Source of the DNA: Candidatus Amesbacteria bacterium GW2011_GWB1_47_19
GTDB taxonomy: Bacteria > Patescibacteriota > Microgenomatia > CAZETR01 > Amesbacteraceae
Direction of reading: 5' to 3'
DNA length: 64,000 bases
NCBI GenBank assembly: GCA_001002325.1
Contig: LCNZ01000006.1
Span: 110,492 to 174,491 of the forward strand
Part shown: positions 19,686 through 29,563 of the stretch, one piece after another
Position numbering within the stretch: position 1 is the first letter of the stretch
How the letters are laid out: each line of letters opens with the position of its first letter
Made by a program: the position numbers and the translations under genes
The notes under the pieces: generated by a model
Told to the model about the DNA's origin: nothing
Database searches by the model: none
What the model saw: only the letters and a program-made list of their open reading frames with translations

Positions 19686-20741
19686 TCAGCGACCCCCCAC
19701 CTGGCCGATGAGACCATAGATCGGGGCGATAATAGCCAGCATCATCGCGCCGACGCTGACGCCGACCAGAACCAGCATCACCGGTTCCAGTATGGCGGTG
19801 AAAGCTTTGAGGGCGTTGGCTACCTGATAATCCAGATATTCGGATATTTCCTTCATGGACTTGTCCAGAGTCCCGCTTTTTTCGCCGGATTCAATAAGCT
19901 TGACTATGATGGAGGGGAAGTAGCCTTTGGCGGTACGGAAACCATCCGAAAGACGCTTTCCGGACATTACCATGTCCCGGGCGGAGGAGATGATTTTGGC
20001 AGTACGTTTTTTGAAAACCACTTCCCGAGTGAGATCCAGGGCGGAGGTGATGGGCAAACCGGAATTCAGAAGCAAAAACATACTGCGGCAGAAGCGGGTC
20101 ATGTCAACCATTTTTATGAGGTTGGAGACGAAGGGCAGGGAGAAAAAAAATTCCATCACCAAGTGCTTTTTGCTTTTGTAAAGGACTATTAGCAGCACAA
20201 CCGATAAAGCCATACCTCCGATCAGGGCCCAGGTATAGTGGAGCATAATGTTGGACACGAAAATCATGATCCGGGTAGGCAGAGGCAAATCGACCCGCAT
20301 ACGGGAAAATACCTGCGATATTTTGGGAACCACGTAAATCAGAATCACTAAAAGGACAAGAATAAACACCACCATAATTAACACCGGATAAAGAAGGGCA
20401 AACTTTATTTTGTCCGTGAATTCCATCTCCTGGCGTATGTGGGTGCGCAGATCCTCGAGAGTGGTTTCCAGGGTACCGGCTTCCTCGGAAGCCTTGATGA
20501 GGTTGACAGTCACCTTGTCGAATGCGCGGGGATAGCCGGCCAGGGAGGCGGAGACGCGTTTGCCGGACATCAGGTCGGTTTTTAAAGATTCGAGAATTTT
20601 TTTGGGATTGCCTTTGGAATCCTCAAGGATGGAATTGACGGCATCCAGAATGGGAATACCGGCACCCAGCATGGTGGATAAGTTGCTGATCAACTCTATT
20701 TTTTCTCCATTGGAGAGCGAAACTTTGGATACGGCAGCCAT
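19686..20741 (-). CDS. pilC: Type IV pilus platform protein PilC (GspF family)
   Basis: Two GspF-type repeats and polytopic membrane regions. It lies downstream of pilB. Confidence 0.85.
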   Translation of the reverse strand: MAAVSKVSLSNGEKIELISNLSTMLGAGIPILDAVNSILEDSKGNPKKILESLKTDLMSGKRVSASLAGYPRAFDKVTVNLIKASEEAGTLETTLEDLRTHIRQEMEFTDKIKFALLYPVLIMVVFILVLLVILIYVVPKISQVFSRMRVDLPLPTRIMIFVSNIMLHYTWALIGGMALSVVLLIVLYKSKKHLVMEFFFSLPFVSNLIKMVDMTRFCRSMFLLLNSGLPITSALDLTREVVFKKRTAKIISSARDMVMSGKRLSDGFRTAKGYFPSIIVKLIESGEKSGTLDKSMKEISEYLDYQVANALKAFTAILEPVMLVLVGVSVGAMMLAIIAPIYGLIGQVGGR

Positions 20742-20747
20742 GGTTTG

Positions 20748-22436
20748 TCAAGTCAGGAACTCGGCTTTGGTAACCCGGAGAACTTCTTCGACGGTAGTAA
20801 CGCCGCGGTTAATTTTGTCCAGACCATCCTCCAGCATGGTTTTCATCCCCTGTCCCCGGGCGGCTTTGGCGATGACATCCGAATCGGTTTTTTCCACAAT
20901 CAGTTTGCGGATGGGGTTGGAAACTTCCAGAACTTCGAATAAGCCGACCCGGCCGGCATAACCCGTGAACCGGCAAGCCTTGCACCCCTTGCCGCTATAT
21001 ATAGTAATGGTACGGGCAGAGCTGAAAACCGCTTTGACTTCCTCGGGCGGGAAATTCCTGGCCAGTTCTGTCAGCGTCAGCTCCTGACTCTGTTTACACT
21101 GGTTGCAGATGCGCCGGACCAACCGCTGGGCAATGATAATGGTTACGGTCGAGGCTACCAGAAAGGGTTCGATTTTCATATCCGTCAAACGGGGAATGGC
21201 GGTGGCGGCATCGTTGGTATGCAGGGTGGACAGCACCAGATGACCGGTAAGGGCGGCGTTGACGGCAATACCGGCAGTCTCCGCGTCCCGGATTTCCCCT
21301 ACGAAAATGACATTGGGATCCTGGCGGAGAATGGAGCGCAGACCGTTGGCGAAAGTGAGGTTGGCTTTGGGATTTACCTGGATCTGATTGGCTCCACGGA
21401 TGCGGTATTCCACCGGGTCCTCGACAGTGGTGATGTTTTTCTCACGGGTGTTTAAAATTTTCAGAACCGAATAAATGGAGGTGGTCTTTCCGGAGCCGGT
21501 AGGGCCGGTAGAGAGAATCATGCCGTAGGATTTGGAATGGGCCGCGGAGACTTTTTTGAGATCTGTCTCGCTCATTCCCAGCTCGGCAAAGGAAATTTCC
21601 CGGCTGCGGGTGGACAGGAGCCGGAGGACTCCTTTTTCACCTTCCACCACCGGGACAATAGAGACGCGGATGTCGATGGTTTCCTCGTCCAGGGCGCTAC
21701 GCATTTTACCGTCCTGGGGAGCCAGATGCTCGTCGGTTCTGAGGTTGGAAAGAACTTTGATACGGGTAATAATCCGGTCGTGAAGAAATTTGGGAGCCCG
21801 GACCTGATCCTGCAGAAGACCGTCTATGCGGAAGCGGATCAGACTGTCATCTTCCTCCGGCTCGATATGGATATCTGATGCCCGGGCCTGATAGGCGGCA
21901 TCTATCAACAGATCCACGATTTTGGCTACCGGAGGGTCTTCCAGCTGAGTCTTTGTACTCCAGACTTCCTCTTTCAGGAGGTCGTCAATCATTTTCTGCA
22001 AATCTTTTTCGTAAGCCCGGAGGATGCTCAGGATGTCCAGGGGAGTGGCGTAATGAGGCAGGATTTTGATCCCGGCTTTTTTGGCCAGCATCTCCAATAC
22101 GTCTTTTTGGGTGGGATCGGAAGTAGCGATTTTCAGACCGGCGGCATCCCGGGCGAAAGCAATGACCTTGAATTTTCTGGCCAGACGCTCCGGCACGAGA
22201 TAAAAAACCGGTTCGGGAATAGTGAGCTTGTCCAGGGAGACAAAAGGAACCTGGTAATACTTGGCGATGGCCATCCCCAATTGGGTGTCGGTGGCCAGGC
22301 CTTTTTCGACGATCGTTTCCTCCAGAGGCCGGGCGGTGGTAACGGCCTGAGCCATGGCGTCCTCTAAAAGCTTGGAATCCACCAAGCCGGCTTTGAGCAC
22401 CAAAGCTTTCAGCTGGTCATCGGGCAGGGCCATACA
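20748..22436 (-). CDS. pilB: Type IV pilus assembly ATPase PilB (GspE family)
   Basis: N-terminal GSPII domain and the GspE ATPase core with Walker A GPTGSGKTTS. The start was chosen at MALPDDQ. Confidence 0.9.
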   Translation of the reverse strand, partial: CMALPDDQLKALVLKAGLVDSKLLEDAMAQAVTTARPLEETIVEKGLATDTQLGMAIAKYYQVPFVSLDKLTIPEPVFYLVPERLARKFKVIAFARDAAGLKIATSDPTQKDVLEMLAKKAGIKILPHYATPLDILSILRAYEKDLQKMIDDLLKEEVWSTKTQLEDPPVAKIVDLLIDAAYQARASDIHIEPEEDDSLIRFRIDGLLQDQVRAPKFLHDRIITRIKVLSNLRTDEHLAPQDGKMRSALDEETIDIRVSIVPVVEGEKGVLRLLSTRSREISFAELGMSETDLKKVSAAHSKSYGMILSTGPTGSGKTTSIYSVLKILNTREKNITTVEDPVEYRIRGANQIQVNPKANLTFANGLRSILRQDPNVIFVGEIRDAETAGIAVNAALTGHLVLSTLHTNDAATAIPRLTDMKIEPFLVASTVTIIIAQRLVRRICNQCKQSQELTLTELARNFPPEEVKAVFSSARTITIYSGKGCKACRFTGYAGRVGLFEVLEVSNPIRKLIVEKTDSDVIAKAARGQGMKTMLEDGLDKINRGVTTVEEVLRVTKAEFLT

Positions 22437-22440
22437 TATA

Positions 22441-22500
22441 CTATAAAACTCAAAGCTCAAAAATCAAAATACAAATCAAATTCAAAACTCAAAACTCCCT
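22441..22500. promoter_or_regulatory. Tandem degenerate TTTTGAG heptamer repeats in the pilB 5' region
   Basis: Read on the minus strand, there are about eight consecutive TTTTGAG/TTTTGAA/TTTGA units immediately upstream of the pilB start. Confidence 0.3.
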
Positions 22501-22618
22501 ACTTATAACCAATTTTTCTATCTTCTTGGTCAAAATTATAATCCTTGAAATCCATAGCGCCAGATAAGAGTCCTATAGTTGTTGTGAGGTTGTAATTCTG
22601 TTAAAATATACGGGTTAT

Positions 22619-23434
22619 GTGTATTACCTGCAGGAGGCTCTTATGTACCGGGTACGCAAGAGGCTCCTATCTCAGAACTTTCTGATTGACGGGCAGCTGG
22701 TCAAACAGCTGATCCGCAGGTCTTCTATTGATAAACAGGATCTGGTATTGGAGATTGGTCCCGGGCAGGGAATTATCACCCAAGAGCTTTTGGATAATTC
22801 CGGGCAAGTGCTGGCTATTGAATTAGATCCCGATCTGTATAGCCGATTATTGCTGCGGCTTGGACATCAAAACCGCTTGAAACTGATCCGGGCAGACTTC
22901 CTCCGTGTACCTCTTCCCAATAAACCCTATAAAGTCTTCTCAAATATTCCATTTAGAATCACCGGTGAAGTAATCCGTAAGCTCCTGGAATCTTCCTACC
23001 CGCCTAAGGACGGCTATTTGGTTGTGCAAAATGAAGCGGCTGACAAGTTCCTGGTTAATTCTTTTGGTAATACTCTGGCGGCTATTCTCTACTTCCCATG
23101 GTGGGACATAAAGATTGTCCATAGGTTTGACAGAGCCGATTTTTCTCCCCAACCTCACGTAGACTCTGTTCTGCTGCATATAAAACCCCGATCAATTCCA
23201 TTGGTATCCGGATCTCAAGGGTTGTATCGGGATTTTGTATCCCGGGTTTATCAAACAAACCGATCAGCAAAATTTATCCCCCCTGATACATGGATTCACC
23301 AATTTCAAAATCTTTCCTTTCAGGAAGTGAAAACAATTCAGGGATCTTTTGCCAAGCTTAAGAGAGAGCAACAGGGCCTGCAAAAAATTCATCGCACCCG
23401 AACTGACAAGAATTGGAGAAAATTCAGAGTTTGA
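22619..23434 (+). CDS. rRNA adenine N6-dimethyltransferase family protein (KsgA/Erm-like)
   Basis: LSQNFLID motif, SAM-binding VLEIGPGQG and NIPF motif IV. Confidence 0.7.
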   Translation: MYYLQEALMYRVRKRLLSQNFLIDGQLVKQLIRRSSIDKQDLVLEIGPGQGIITQELLDNSGQVLAIELDPDLYSRLLLRLGHQNRLKLIRADFLRVPLPNKPYKVFSNIPFRITGEVIRKLLESSYPPKDGYLVVQNEAADKFLVNSFGNTLAAILYFPWWDIKIVHRFDRADFSPQPHVDSVLLHIKPRSIPLVSGSQGLYRDFVSRVYQTNRSAKFIPPDTWIHQFQNLSFQEVKTIQGSFAKLKREQQGLQKIHRTRTDKNWRKFRV

Positions 23435-23933
23435 GGAGACGGCCGGCAAGAAGGCCGGCGATGACTACCACTCCCCCCAGTATCAGCATGCGCAGGCTGT
23501 TTTTCAGAAGCGGGGTGCGGGAAATGGCGGAATTGATACAACCCAGAAGAAAAAGAGCTGCCAAAGAGAAAATAATGGACAAATTCAATGCCTGAGCCCG
23601 GGGGAAGAAAATATAAGGAAACAAGGGAATAAATCCCGATCCGAAATAGGAAATAAACATGATCACCGCCCCGGGGAGAGAATTTCCGGAAGCGATGGCG
23701 TGGTGCAGCTGATACTCGTTGGCCGACTGGTCGGAGAGGAAACTACCGATACCCATGGACAGAGCTTCGATAAAAATGAGAATAAATCCGGTGGCGATGA
23801 TGGCCGAACTGCTCATTTGGGCGCTGGCGATACCGCACAGCAAACCTACGGAAGAGGACAGGCTGTCTTCCACGCCAAAAGTAAAGTTTCTAATCAGAGA
23901 TGATGAAGTCTTCTGGGCGCCCCCGGCAGACAT
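23424..23933 (-). CDS. VIT1/CCC1-family membrane protein (short form)
   Basis: GVEDSLSSSVGLLCGIASA... and ALSMGIGSFLSDQS match the VIT-family membrane domain. Confidence 0.6.
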   Translation of the reverse strand: MSAGGAQKTSSSLIRNFTFGVEDSLSSSVGLLCGIASAQMSSSAIIATGFILIFIEALSMGIGSFLSDQSANEYQLHHAIASGNSLPGAVIMFISYFGSGFIPLFPYIFFPRAQALNLSIIFSLAALFLLGCINSAISRTPLLKNSLRMLILGGVVVIAGLLAGRLLKL

Positions 23934-23952
23934 ACTATTAGTGTAGCATTTT

Positions 23953-24240
23953 TCAGGTTCTGCGTTCGACGGTGATGGAGCATTCGCCGATGAGGGCAGC
24001 GATAGCCCCGACGGCGGCCAGAATGGGAGCCAGGACGGTTCCGACTACACCCAAAGTCAGAGGAAATTCCATGACTGTCTTATTGTTTTTATCTTTGATG
24101 ATGATTTTTCTGACGTTTCCCTCCCGGACCAACTCCTTGACCTTGGCTATCAGTTTCTCCCCCTCGACTTTGTAGGTTTCTTTCTTTTGGCTGGCGGCTT
24201 TTTTGGCAGGCATATGTATATTGGTATTATATACCTTCAA
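23953..24240 (-). CDS. Small hypothetical protein (DUF4342-like)
   Basis: 95 aa with a Lys-rich N-terminus and a C-terminal hydrophobic helix. Confidence 0.4.
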   Translation of the reverse strand: MKVYNTNIHMPAKKAASQKKETYKVEGEKLIAKVKELVREGNVRKIIIKDKNNKTVMEFPLTLGVVGTVLAPILAAVGAIAALIGECSITVERRT

Positions 24241-27180
24241 TCAATAAGGGCAGGTAAATCTTTGGATGCGATTATTACTTTCTTCCGCAACATAAAGTCT
24301 GCCAGAGGAATCATAAGTAAGTCCATTGATACCCCGGAATTCCCCGTTACCCATACCCGAAGCGCCAATTTTCGACAGGAAAATCAAATTGGAGGAAAAC
24401 TTACGGATCCATTGTTGGTCAGCGTCGGTGACAATGACGTAACCCTTGGGATCTATGGTGACACGGCGCATAAAGAAATCATCAACGGAATTATTACCCA
24501 CCCAACTGGTGATATAAATTCCCGAGGAGGTGAATTTTTGAATGCGTTTGTTGAATACATCGGTGACATAAACATTATTCCGCTTGTCGACAGCTATACC
24601 CACCGGACCGTTAAACTGGCCGACAGCGGCACCGGTTGATCCCCATTTGGTTAGGAAACGCCCGTTTGAATCAAATTTCTGAACTCGGTCGTTACCGTCC
24701 GTGACATAGATATTACCGGAAGTATCGAGTGCCAAATCATATACATATTCAAACTGACCATCACCTGATCCGGTCGTGCCCCAAGAACTGATGAATTTGC
24801 CGTCCGGATCAAATTTCTGGATGCGATTATTTCTCAGATCACCCACCAGGATGTTCCCAGAGCTGTCAATTGCCAGACCTGTGGGGTAGTTAAACTGGCC
24901 GGGACCATCACCTATTGATCCCCAGGACTTAAGGAATTTAAATGCTGAATCAAATTTCTGGACCCGGTAATTTTCTTTGTCGGTGACATAGATATTTCCA
25001 CCGGGATCAACTGCAATTGAACTCGGCCAATTAAACTGACCGCTGGCACTGCCGACTGATCCGAATTGGTCTTTGTATGAACACATCAAGAGTTCTGTAC
25101 CGGGAACCGGAAGAGCCGGCAGATCTGATAAAAGGTTCGGACGGACACATAACTGCAATTTTGTATTCGAGCCAAGCGTCAGATTTGTGAGCGCCGAAAG
25201 CTGAAGGTTTTTTTTGGCGGCATCGAAATAGTCCGTCGTCCCTGATTTATAGAAATTTTCCAGAGGTAAATATCCTTCGGGATAAGTGGCGGTGGACGGG
25301 AAGGTATATCTTCTGAAAGAAGTATAAGTACCGGATGCACAATTGTCTGATTTTCCCAACTGGGCAGTGGCAGTCTGACCGCTTAAAATACCATATTGGA
25401 AATATGCCGATACCAGTTCGTCTGATTTTTTCATGAAATAAAGATTGTAATTTCGTTGTTTGGAAACGATTTGTGAAGCCACATTACATTTGGAGACAAG
25501 GACTTCCGTGGCGGGGTACGAGCATAATGGCGGCGGGGGCGCCAGGCTTCTGACAGCCCGATAAACGTTTATCCTGCCTGAACCCAACTTGCCGATATAA
25601 TCCGGATTCAGCGAGTTCAGAGAATCCGCATTCGCCGTAATTTTAGTGCTGATAGCTTTGGGAGTCTGATTAGGACTCAGGGAGAACAACAGTCCTGCCA
25701 AGCCCGCGACATGCGGAGCGGCCATGGATGTGCCCGTTAGCCCGAGATAGCGCCCGTTTTTGTTAAAAATACCACAAAAAGCGGAATATTTACTCCAGAG
25801 AAAACCCTCGGAAATGGTGGAAAGAATCGCATCCGAAACCGGATAGCGACAGGGGTTTACATAATCGGTTTGACCACCGGGAGCAGACACGTCCACCCAG
25901 GATCCATAACTGGAATAGGTAGCCTTGGTGTCTGTTTTGGTGGTGGCGGCAACGCTGAGCACGTTATTATATCCTGCCGGATATTGGACTTCGTCAATCC
26001 CGCCATTACCGGCAGAGGCCACTACCAATACTCCCTGAGCGGTAGCCCAATTGATAATATCCTGGAGAGACTGCATATACCCCAGACTGGTACCCCAACT
26101 ATTATTCAGAACCCGGGCTCCGGCATTTACCGCATCCCGGAGAGCCGGAAGGGCGTCCGAGACATAACCCGAACCCATATGATTTAAGAACTTTTGGGAG
26201 TACAAACGGCATTTGGGACAGACACCGACAATACCTAAACTATTGTTACTGTTTGCGGCGATTGTGCCGGCTATATGAGTACCATGGCCATAATCGTCCA
26301 GAGGGACAGAATCTTTGTTCACATAATCGTATCCGCCGACCACTTTACAACCAGGTCCAAAACAACCACCCAGGTCCGGATGGGTATAATCGATACCGGT
26401 GTCGATGACCGCTACAATAATGTCACCTGATCCCTGGGTAATACCCCAGCCCTCAAGGAGCCGGATATCGCTTTTTTTAGTGCCTCCTGTCTGACCAAAA
26501 TTCGCCACCGCCCATTGATGACGCAGCAGGGGATCATTCCCCATAACCACATCGGCGGTAGCTAGATAATCCGGTTCAACATACTCAACCAGAGGGGATT
26601 TTTTCAATTCAGCTGTGACTTCAGAGACCGGGATTCCTTGGGAGAATTTAATTTTGTAAACCCGGGACAAGTCGAGAGATAACAAAGCGGCCTCATCCAG
26701 TGTACGTTGCCCGGAAGCTAATTCACGGGAAAATCGGGACCTGGTTTTCTCCAAATCAGCATCGGGGTCTGCGGTATTTTTAAATATTTTTTCCACATGG
26801 TCCACAGGGAATTTCCGGTGAATTTCGGACAATGGCGGGGGGATGTCGGCCGGTTCAAGATCGGAGTAGTTAACCTTTGATTTTTCAATATCCAGACCGG
26901 TATTTTGTCTGGACGCAGCTACTCTTAACGTTGGGGCATGGGGTTTGAATCTTATCAACACCCGATCAAGTGCATATACGGGCGTTTGGACACTGCCAAC
27001 TTCCTGGCTGGCCGATATGCGGTTCATTCTCTGTTTTTTTTGAACTGTTACGGTCAGCAATCCCAGGGATGTAACAAGGGTTACCAAACTTAGTATCTTT
27101 ACTCGATCAGAAATCCCGGTAAATAATTTCATGTACTCCGAATCTGATATAACTTTATGTGTAATCAGAAGTGGATGCAA
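24241..27180 (-). CDS. Secreted S8 subtilisin-like serine protease fused to NHL-repeat beta-propeller
   Basis: The catalytic triad contexts are VAVIDTGID, HGTHIAGTIA and GTSMAAPHVAG. The C-terminal half has about six NHL repeats (e.g. GQFNYPTGLAIDSSGNILVGD). Confidence 0.85.
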   Translation of the reverse strand: MHPLLITHKVISDSEYMKLFTGISDRVKILSLVTLVTSLGLLTVTVQKKQRMNRISASQEVGSVQTPVYALDRVLIRFKPHAPTLRVAASRQNTGLDIEKSKVNYSDLEPADIPPPLSEIHRKFPVDHVEKIFKNTADPDADLEKTRSRFSRELASGQRTLDEAALLSLDLSRVYKIKFSQGIPVSEVTAELKKSPLVEYVEPDYLATADVVMGNDPLLRHQWAVANFGQTGGTKKSDIRLLEGWGITQGSGDIIVAVIDTGIDYTHPDLGGCFGPGCKVVGGYDYVNKDSVPLDDYGHGTHIAGTIAANSNNSLGIVGVCPKCRLYSQKFLNHMGSGYVSDALPALRDAVNAGARVLNNSWGTSLGYMQSLQDIINWATAQGVLVVASAGNGGIDEVQYPAGYNNVLSVAATTKTDTKATYSSYGSWVDVSAPGGQTDYVNPCRYPVSDAILSTISEGFLWSKYSAFCGIFNKNGRYLGLTGTSMAAPHVAGLAGLLFSLSPNQTPKAISTKITANADSLNSLNPDYIGKLGSGRINVYRAVRSLAPPPPLCSYPATEVLVSKCNVASQIVSKQRNYNLYFMKKSDELVSAYFQYGILSGQTATAQLGKSDNCASGTYTSFRRYTFPSTATYPEGYLPLENFYKSGTTDYFDAAKKNLQLSALTNLTLGSNTKLQLCVRPNLLSDLPALPVPGTELLMCSYKDQFGSVGSASGQFNWPSSIAVDPGGNIYVTDKENYRVQKFDSAFKFLKSWGSIGDGPGQFNYPTGLAIDSSGNILVGDLRNNRIQKFDPDGKFISSWGTTGSGDGQFEYVYDLALDTSGNIYVTDGNDRVQKFDSNGRFLTKWGSTGAAVGQFNGPVGIAVDKRNNVYVTDVFNKRIQKFTSSGIYITSWVGNNSVDDFFMRRVTIDPKGYVIVTDADQQWIRKFSSNLIFLSKIGASGMGNGEFRGINGLTYDSSGRLYVAEESNNRIQRFTCPY

Positions 27181-27183
27181 GAT

Positions 27184-27642
27184 CTATTCCGAAATTAGGA
27201 CGGATCGGAGGTCGCGAAGAACTTCGGCGGTATGAGTTAAGGGATTGACCTGGTCATAAACTTTGAAAATATCCCCGTCGGGATTGATGACCACGGTCAT
27301 GCGCAAAGTGCCCTCAAATTCCCGGCCCATGAATTTCTTTTGCCCCCAAGCGCCGTAAGCTTTGATGGTATCTTTGGAGGTATCGGCCAGCAAGGGGAAA
27401 TTCAGATGATGTTTGCCGGCAAACTTGCTGTGGGAGGAAACGGGATCTTTGGAGATACCAAAGACCGTCACCCCAAGTTTTTTGAATTCCTCTGCGGCGT
27501 CACGAAAAGAACAGGCTTCTTTGGTGCAGCCGGGGGTATCGTCTTTGGGATAAAAATAAATAACCACCCATTTGCCCCGGTAGTCGGTAAGAGTATGAAT
27601 TTTCTGATCCTGGTCGGGCAGGCTGAAATCGGGAGCGGGCAT
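27184..27642 (-). CDS. bcp: Peroxiredoxin Bcp (thiol peroxidase, AhpC/TSA family)
   Basis: APDFSLPDQ...VVIYFYPKDDTPGCTKEACSFRD. Confidence 0.85.
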   Translation of the reverse strand: MPAPDFSLPDQDQKIHTLTDYRGKWVVIYFYPKDDTPGCTKEACSFRDAAEEFKKLGVTVFGISKDPVSSHSKFAGKHHLNFPLLADTSKDTIKAYGAWGQKKFMGREFEGTLRMTVVINPDGDIFKVYDQVNPLTHTAEVLRDLRSVLISE

Positions 27643-27681
27643 GAGATTATTATAGCTTACGATGGTAAAATTGGAGTATAT

Positions 27682-27755
27682 TGGGGGATCGTCTAACGGT
27701 AGGACGACAGACTCTGAATCTGTTAATTGGGGTTCGAATCCCTGTCCCCCAGCCA
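27682..27755 (+). tRNA. tRNA-Gln (anticodon CUG), CCA encoded
   Basis: Hand-folded: acceptor TGGGGGA/TCCCCCA, D-arm GTCT..GGAC, anticodon stem ACAGA/TCTGT with loop CTCTGAA, T-arm TGGGG-TTCGAAT-CCCTG, discriminator G, CCA. It resembles E. coli tRNA-Gln. Confidence 0.85.
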
Positions 27756-29246
27756 GTAAGGAGAAGAAAGAGGTTGGGAGGTAGCGCTTTCCGCGCCCCC
27801 GCCTTGCCGGCAGGCAGGCGCCTCCGCAGAAAGCGCGTCAAATCCGCCTTTTTTGAAACTTGCGGACAGCCGCCGATCCTTTAAAAAGAAGTTCGAGCCG
27901 ACAGTTTTTGCCATGATAGATAAATCATGGCAACTATTTTTTGCGCGCGCGATTTTGTGCGCTGAAAGCGCACTATTTAACTCAGCGCCGTTTTGGGAAA
28001 CTTCCTTGATTTTGGAGTTGAGAAGCGATTTTGTTTCGATAAGTTCGTTCTTTTTCTTTTGATAATCTTCGGGGCTAACAATTTTGTCTAAATATCCCTC
28101 GAGCAAACGATCTGTTTTTTCCTCTGTTTCTTTTAGTTGCAGTTGATAAGTTGAAATAATACCGGACGATTTCCCTTTTTCGCTGTTTGCGTCTTTATCC
28201 GCCCACTCGAGAAACTTTTTGGCGGCGTGCGGCGGCAATGATGCTCGCAAAACAATCTCTTTTAGTTGTTTTTCAATTTCCCCTTTATCAATATATTTTT
28301 GCGAGCAATTACCCATTTTCTTGGAGCAGCGATAGTAAATATATTCAGCGGTTCTATTGGTTCGGTTATAATACTTGGTATGTTTTTCCGCCGTAATTGC
28401 GCCGCCGCATTCGCCGCACTTCACCAAACCGAGAAAATCAAATAAGTGTTTATTGTTTTTAACTTTTCTTGTTTTTAATTTCACTATATCTTGACATTTA
28501 TCAAAAAGTTTCTTTGAGATTAAAGGCGGGTGATTGCCTTCGTAAAGTTCGCCGCAAAATTTCATCACTCCGTAGTAAAACGGATCGGTCAAAATTCTTT
28601 TGACTTTATCCAAATGAAGTTCATGGCCGGACTTGTTGAAAATTTTGTTTTGGTTGAAAAATTTGCGGATATCAGCATATCCATAGCCGCCGGTAGCAAA
28701 AAGCTGAAAAGCTTTTTGCACATACTTGGCTCGTTTTTTATCAACCTCTATTTTCTTATTAATATTTATATAACCAAACTGAGCTTGATTTGGCCACTCA
28801 CCGCGGCGAAGTTTTTGACGATTGCCTCGCTTTACATTTTCGGAAAGATTATCCACATAATACTTTGATTGTCCAAACGCGATATTGAGCATAAATTTTC
28901 CTTGGGGGGTGTTTTCAAACCAGAATGAGGGAAATTTTAGATCAAGCAATTTTCCGGTATCTAATAAATAGATAATCTTTCCGCCGTCAACAGAGTTTCT
29001 GGCTAAACGGTCTGGATGCCATGATAAAATTCCATCAGCTTTTCCGTCCTCAATTTCTTTTAGGACTTCTGCAAATTTTTCTCTGCCTGGTTCTTTGGCG
29101 GTTTTACTCTCGGTAATAAAAGAAACGATCTTTAATCCTTCTTTTGCGGCGTGTTCTTCAAGTTCGGCAACTTGAGCCTCAATGGACAAAATTTGTCTGT
29201 CCGGTTCATCCGTAGATTTTCTGCAATACGCTATATATTTAATCAT
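27723..29246 (-). CDS. Large serine recombinase (resolvase domain, recombinase domain, zinc ribbon)
   Basis: N-terminal catalytic motif YCRKSTDEPDRQILSIEAQ, a recombinase domain and a CX2C...C zinc ribbon (KCGECGGAIT...YYRCS). The last ~50 codons (approx. 27723-27872) read through IR X' and into the tRNA, so the true C-terminus is probably shorter. Confidence 0.85.
   Translation of the reverse strand: MIKYIAYCRKSTDEPDRQILSIEAQVAELEEHAAKEGLKIVSFITESKTAKEPGREKFAEVLKEIEDGKADGILSWHPDRLARNSVDGGKIIYLLDTGKLLDLKFPSFWFENTPQGKFMLNIAFGQSKYYVDNLSENVKRGNRQKLRRGEWPNQAQFGYININKKIEVDKKRAKYVQKAFQLFATGGYGYADIRKFFNQNKIFNKSGHELHLDKVKRILTDPFYYGVMKFCGELYEGNHPPLISKKLFDKCQDIVKLKTRKVKNNKHLFDFLGLVKCGECGGAITAEKHTKYYNRTNRTAEYIYYRCSKKMGNCSQKYIDKGEIEKQLKEIVLRASLPPHAAKKFLEWADKDANSEKGKSSGIISTYQLQLKETEEKTDRLLEGYLDKIVSPEDYQKKKNELIETKSLLNSKIKEVSQNGAELNSALSAHKIARAKNSCHDLSIMAKTVGSNFFLKDRRLSASFKKGGFDALSAEAPACRQGGGAESATSQPLSSPYWLGDRDSNPN
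27749..27870. repeat. Inverted repeat X' (left copy, reverse complement of X)
   Basis: Its reverse complement matches 29349-29470 with a single mismatch over about 122 bp. It is GC-rich and begins with CCAGCCA, which also forms the tRNA-Gln 3' end. Confidence 0.85.
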
Positions 29247-29348
29247 GGTTGCTTTATCTCTTAAAAGTTCTTTAAACGAACGATAGTGAGCAGTCCCGAT
29301 TATTCATCGGGACAATTTTTGCGTTTTTTCTTCCTTCTTTTTACGGCG

Positions 29349-29470
29349 GCTGTCCGCAAGTTTCAAAAAAGGCGGATTTGACGCGCTTTCTGCGGAGGCG
29401 CCTGCCTGCCGGCAAGGCAGGGGCGCGGAAAGCGCTACCTCCCAACCTCTTTCTTCTCCTTACTGGCTGG
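29349..29470. repeat. Inverted repeat X (right copy)
   Basis: See the X' entry. The ORF 29378..29728 inside it is a spurious frame. Confidence 0.85.
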
Positions 29471-29563
29471 CGGTTTACGAAAAATGTCGAACTTCATTTG
29501 ATTAGCTCGGCCTTCGGCCTCGCTTGCTCCAGCGCGGCGCCCCCACCCGCCGCGCCTACGAAA
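29466..29563. repeat. Inverted repeat Y (left copy)
   Basis: It is a perfect reverse complement of 30829-30926 over about 98 bp. It overlaps X by the 5-bp GCTGG core. Confidence 0.85.
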
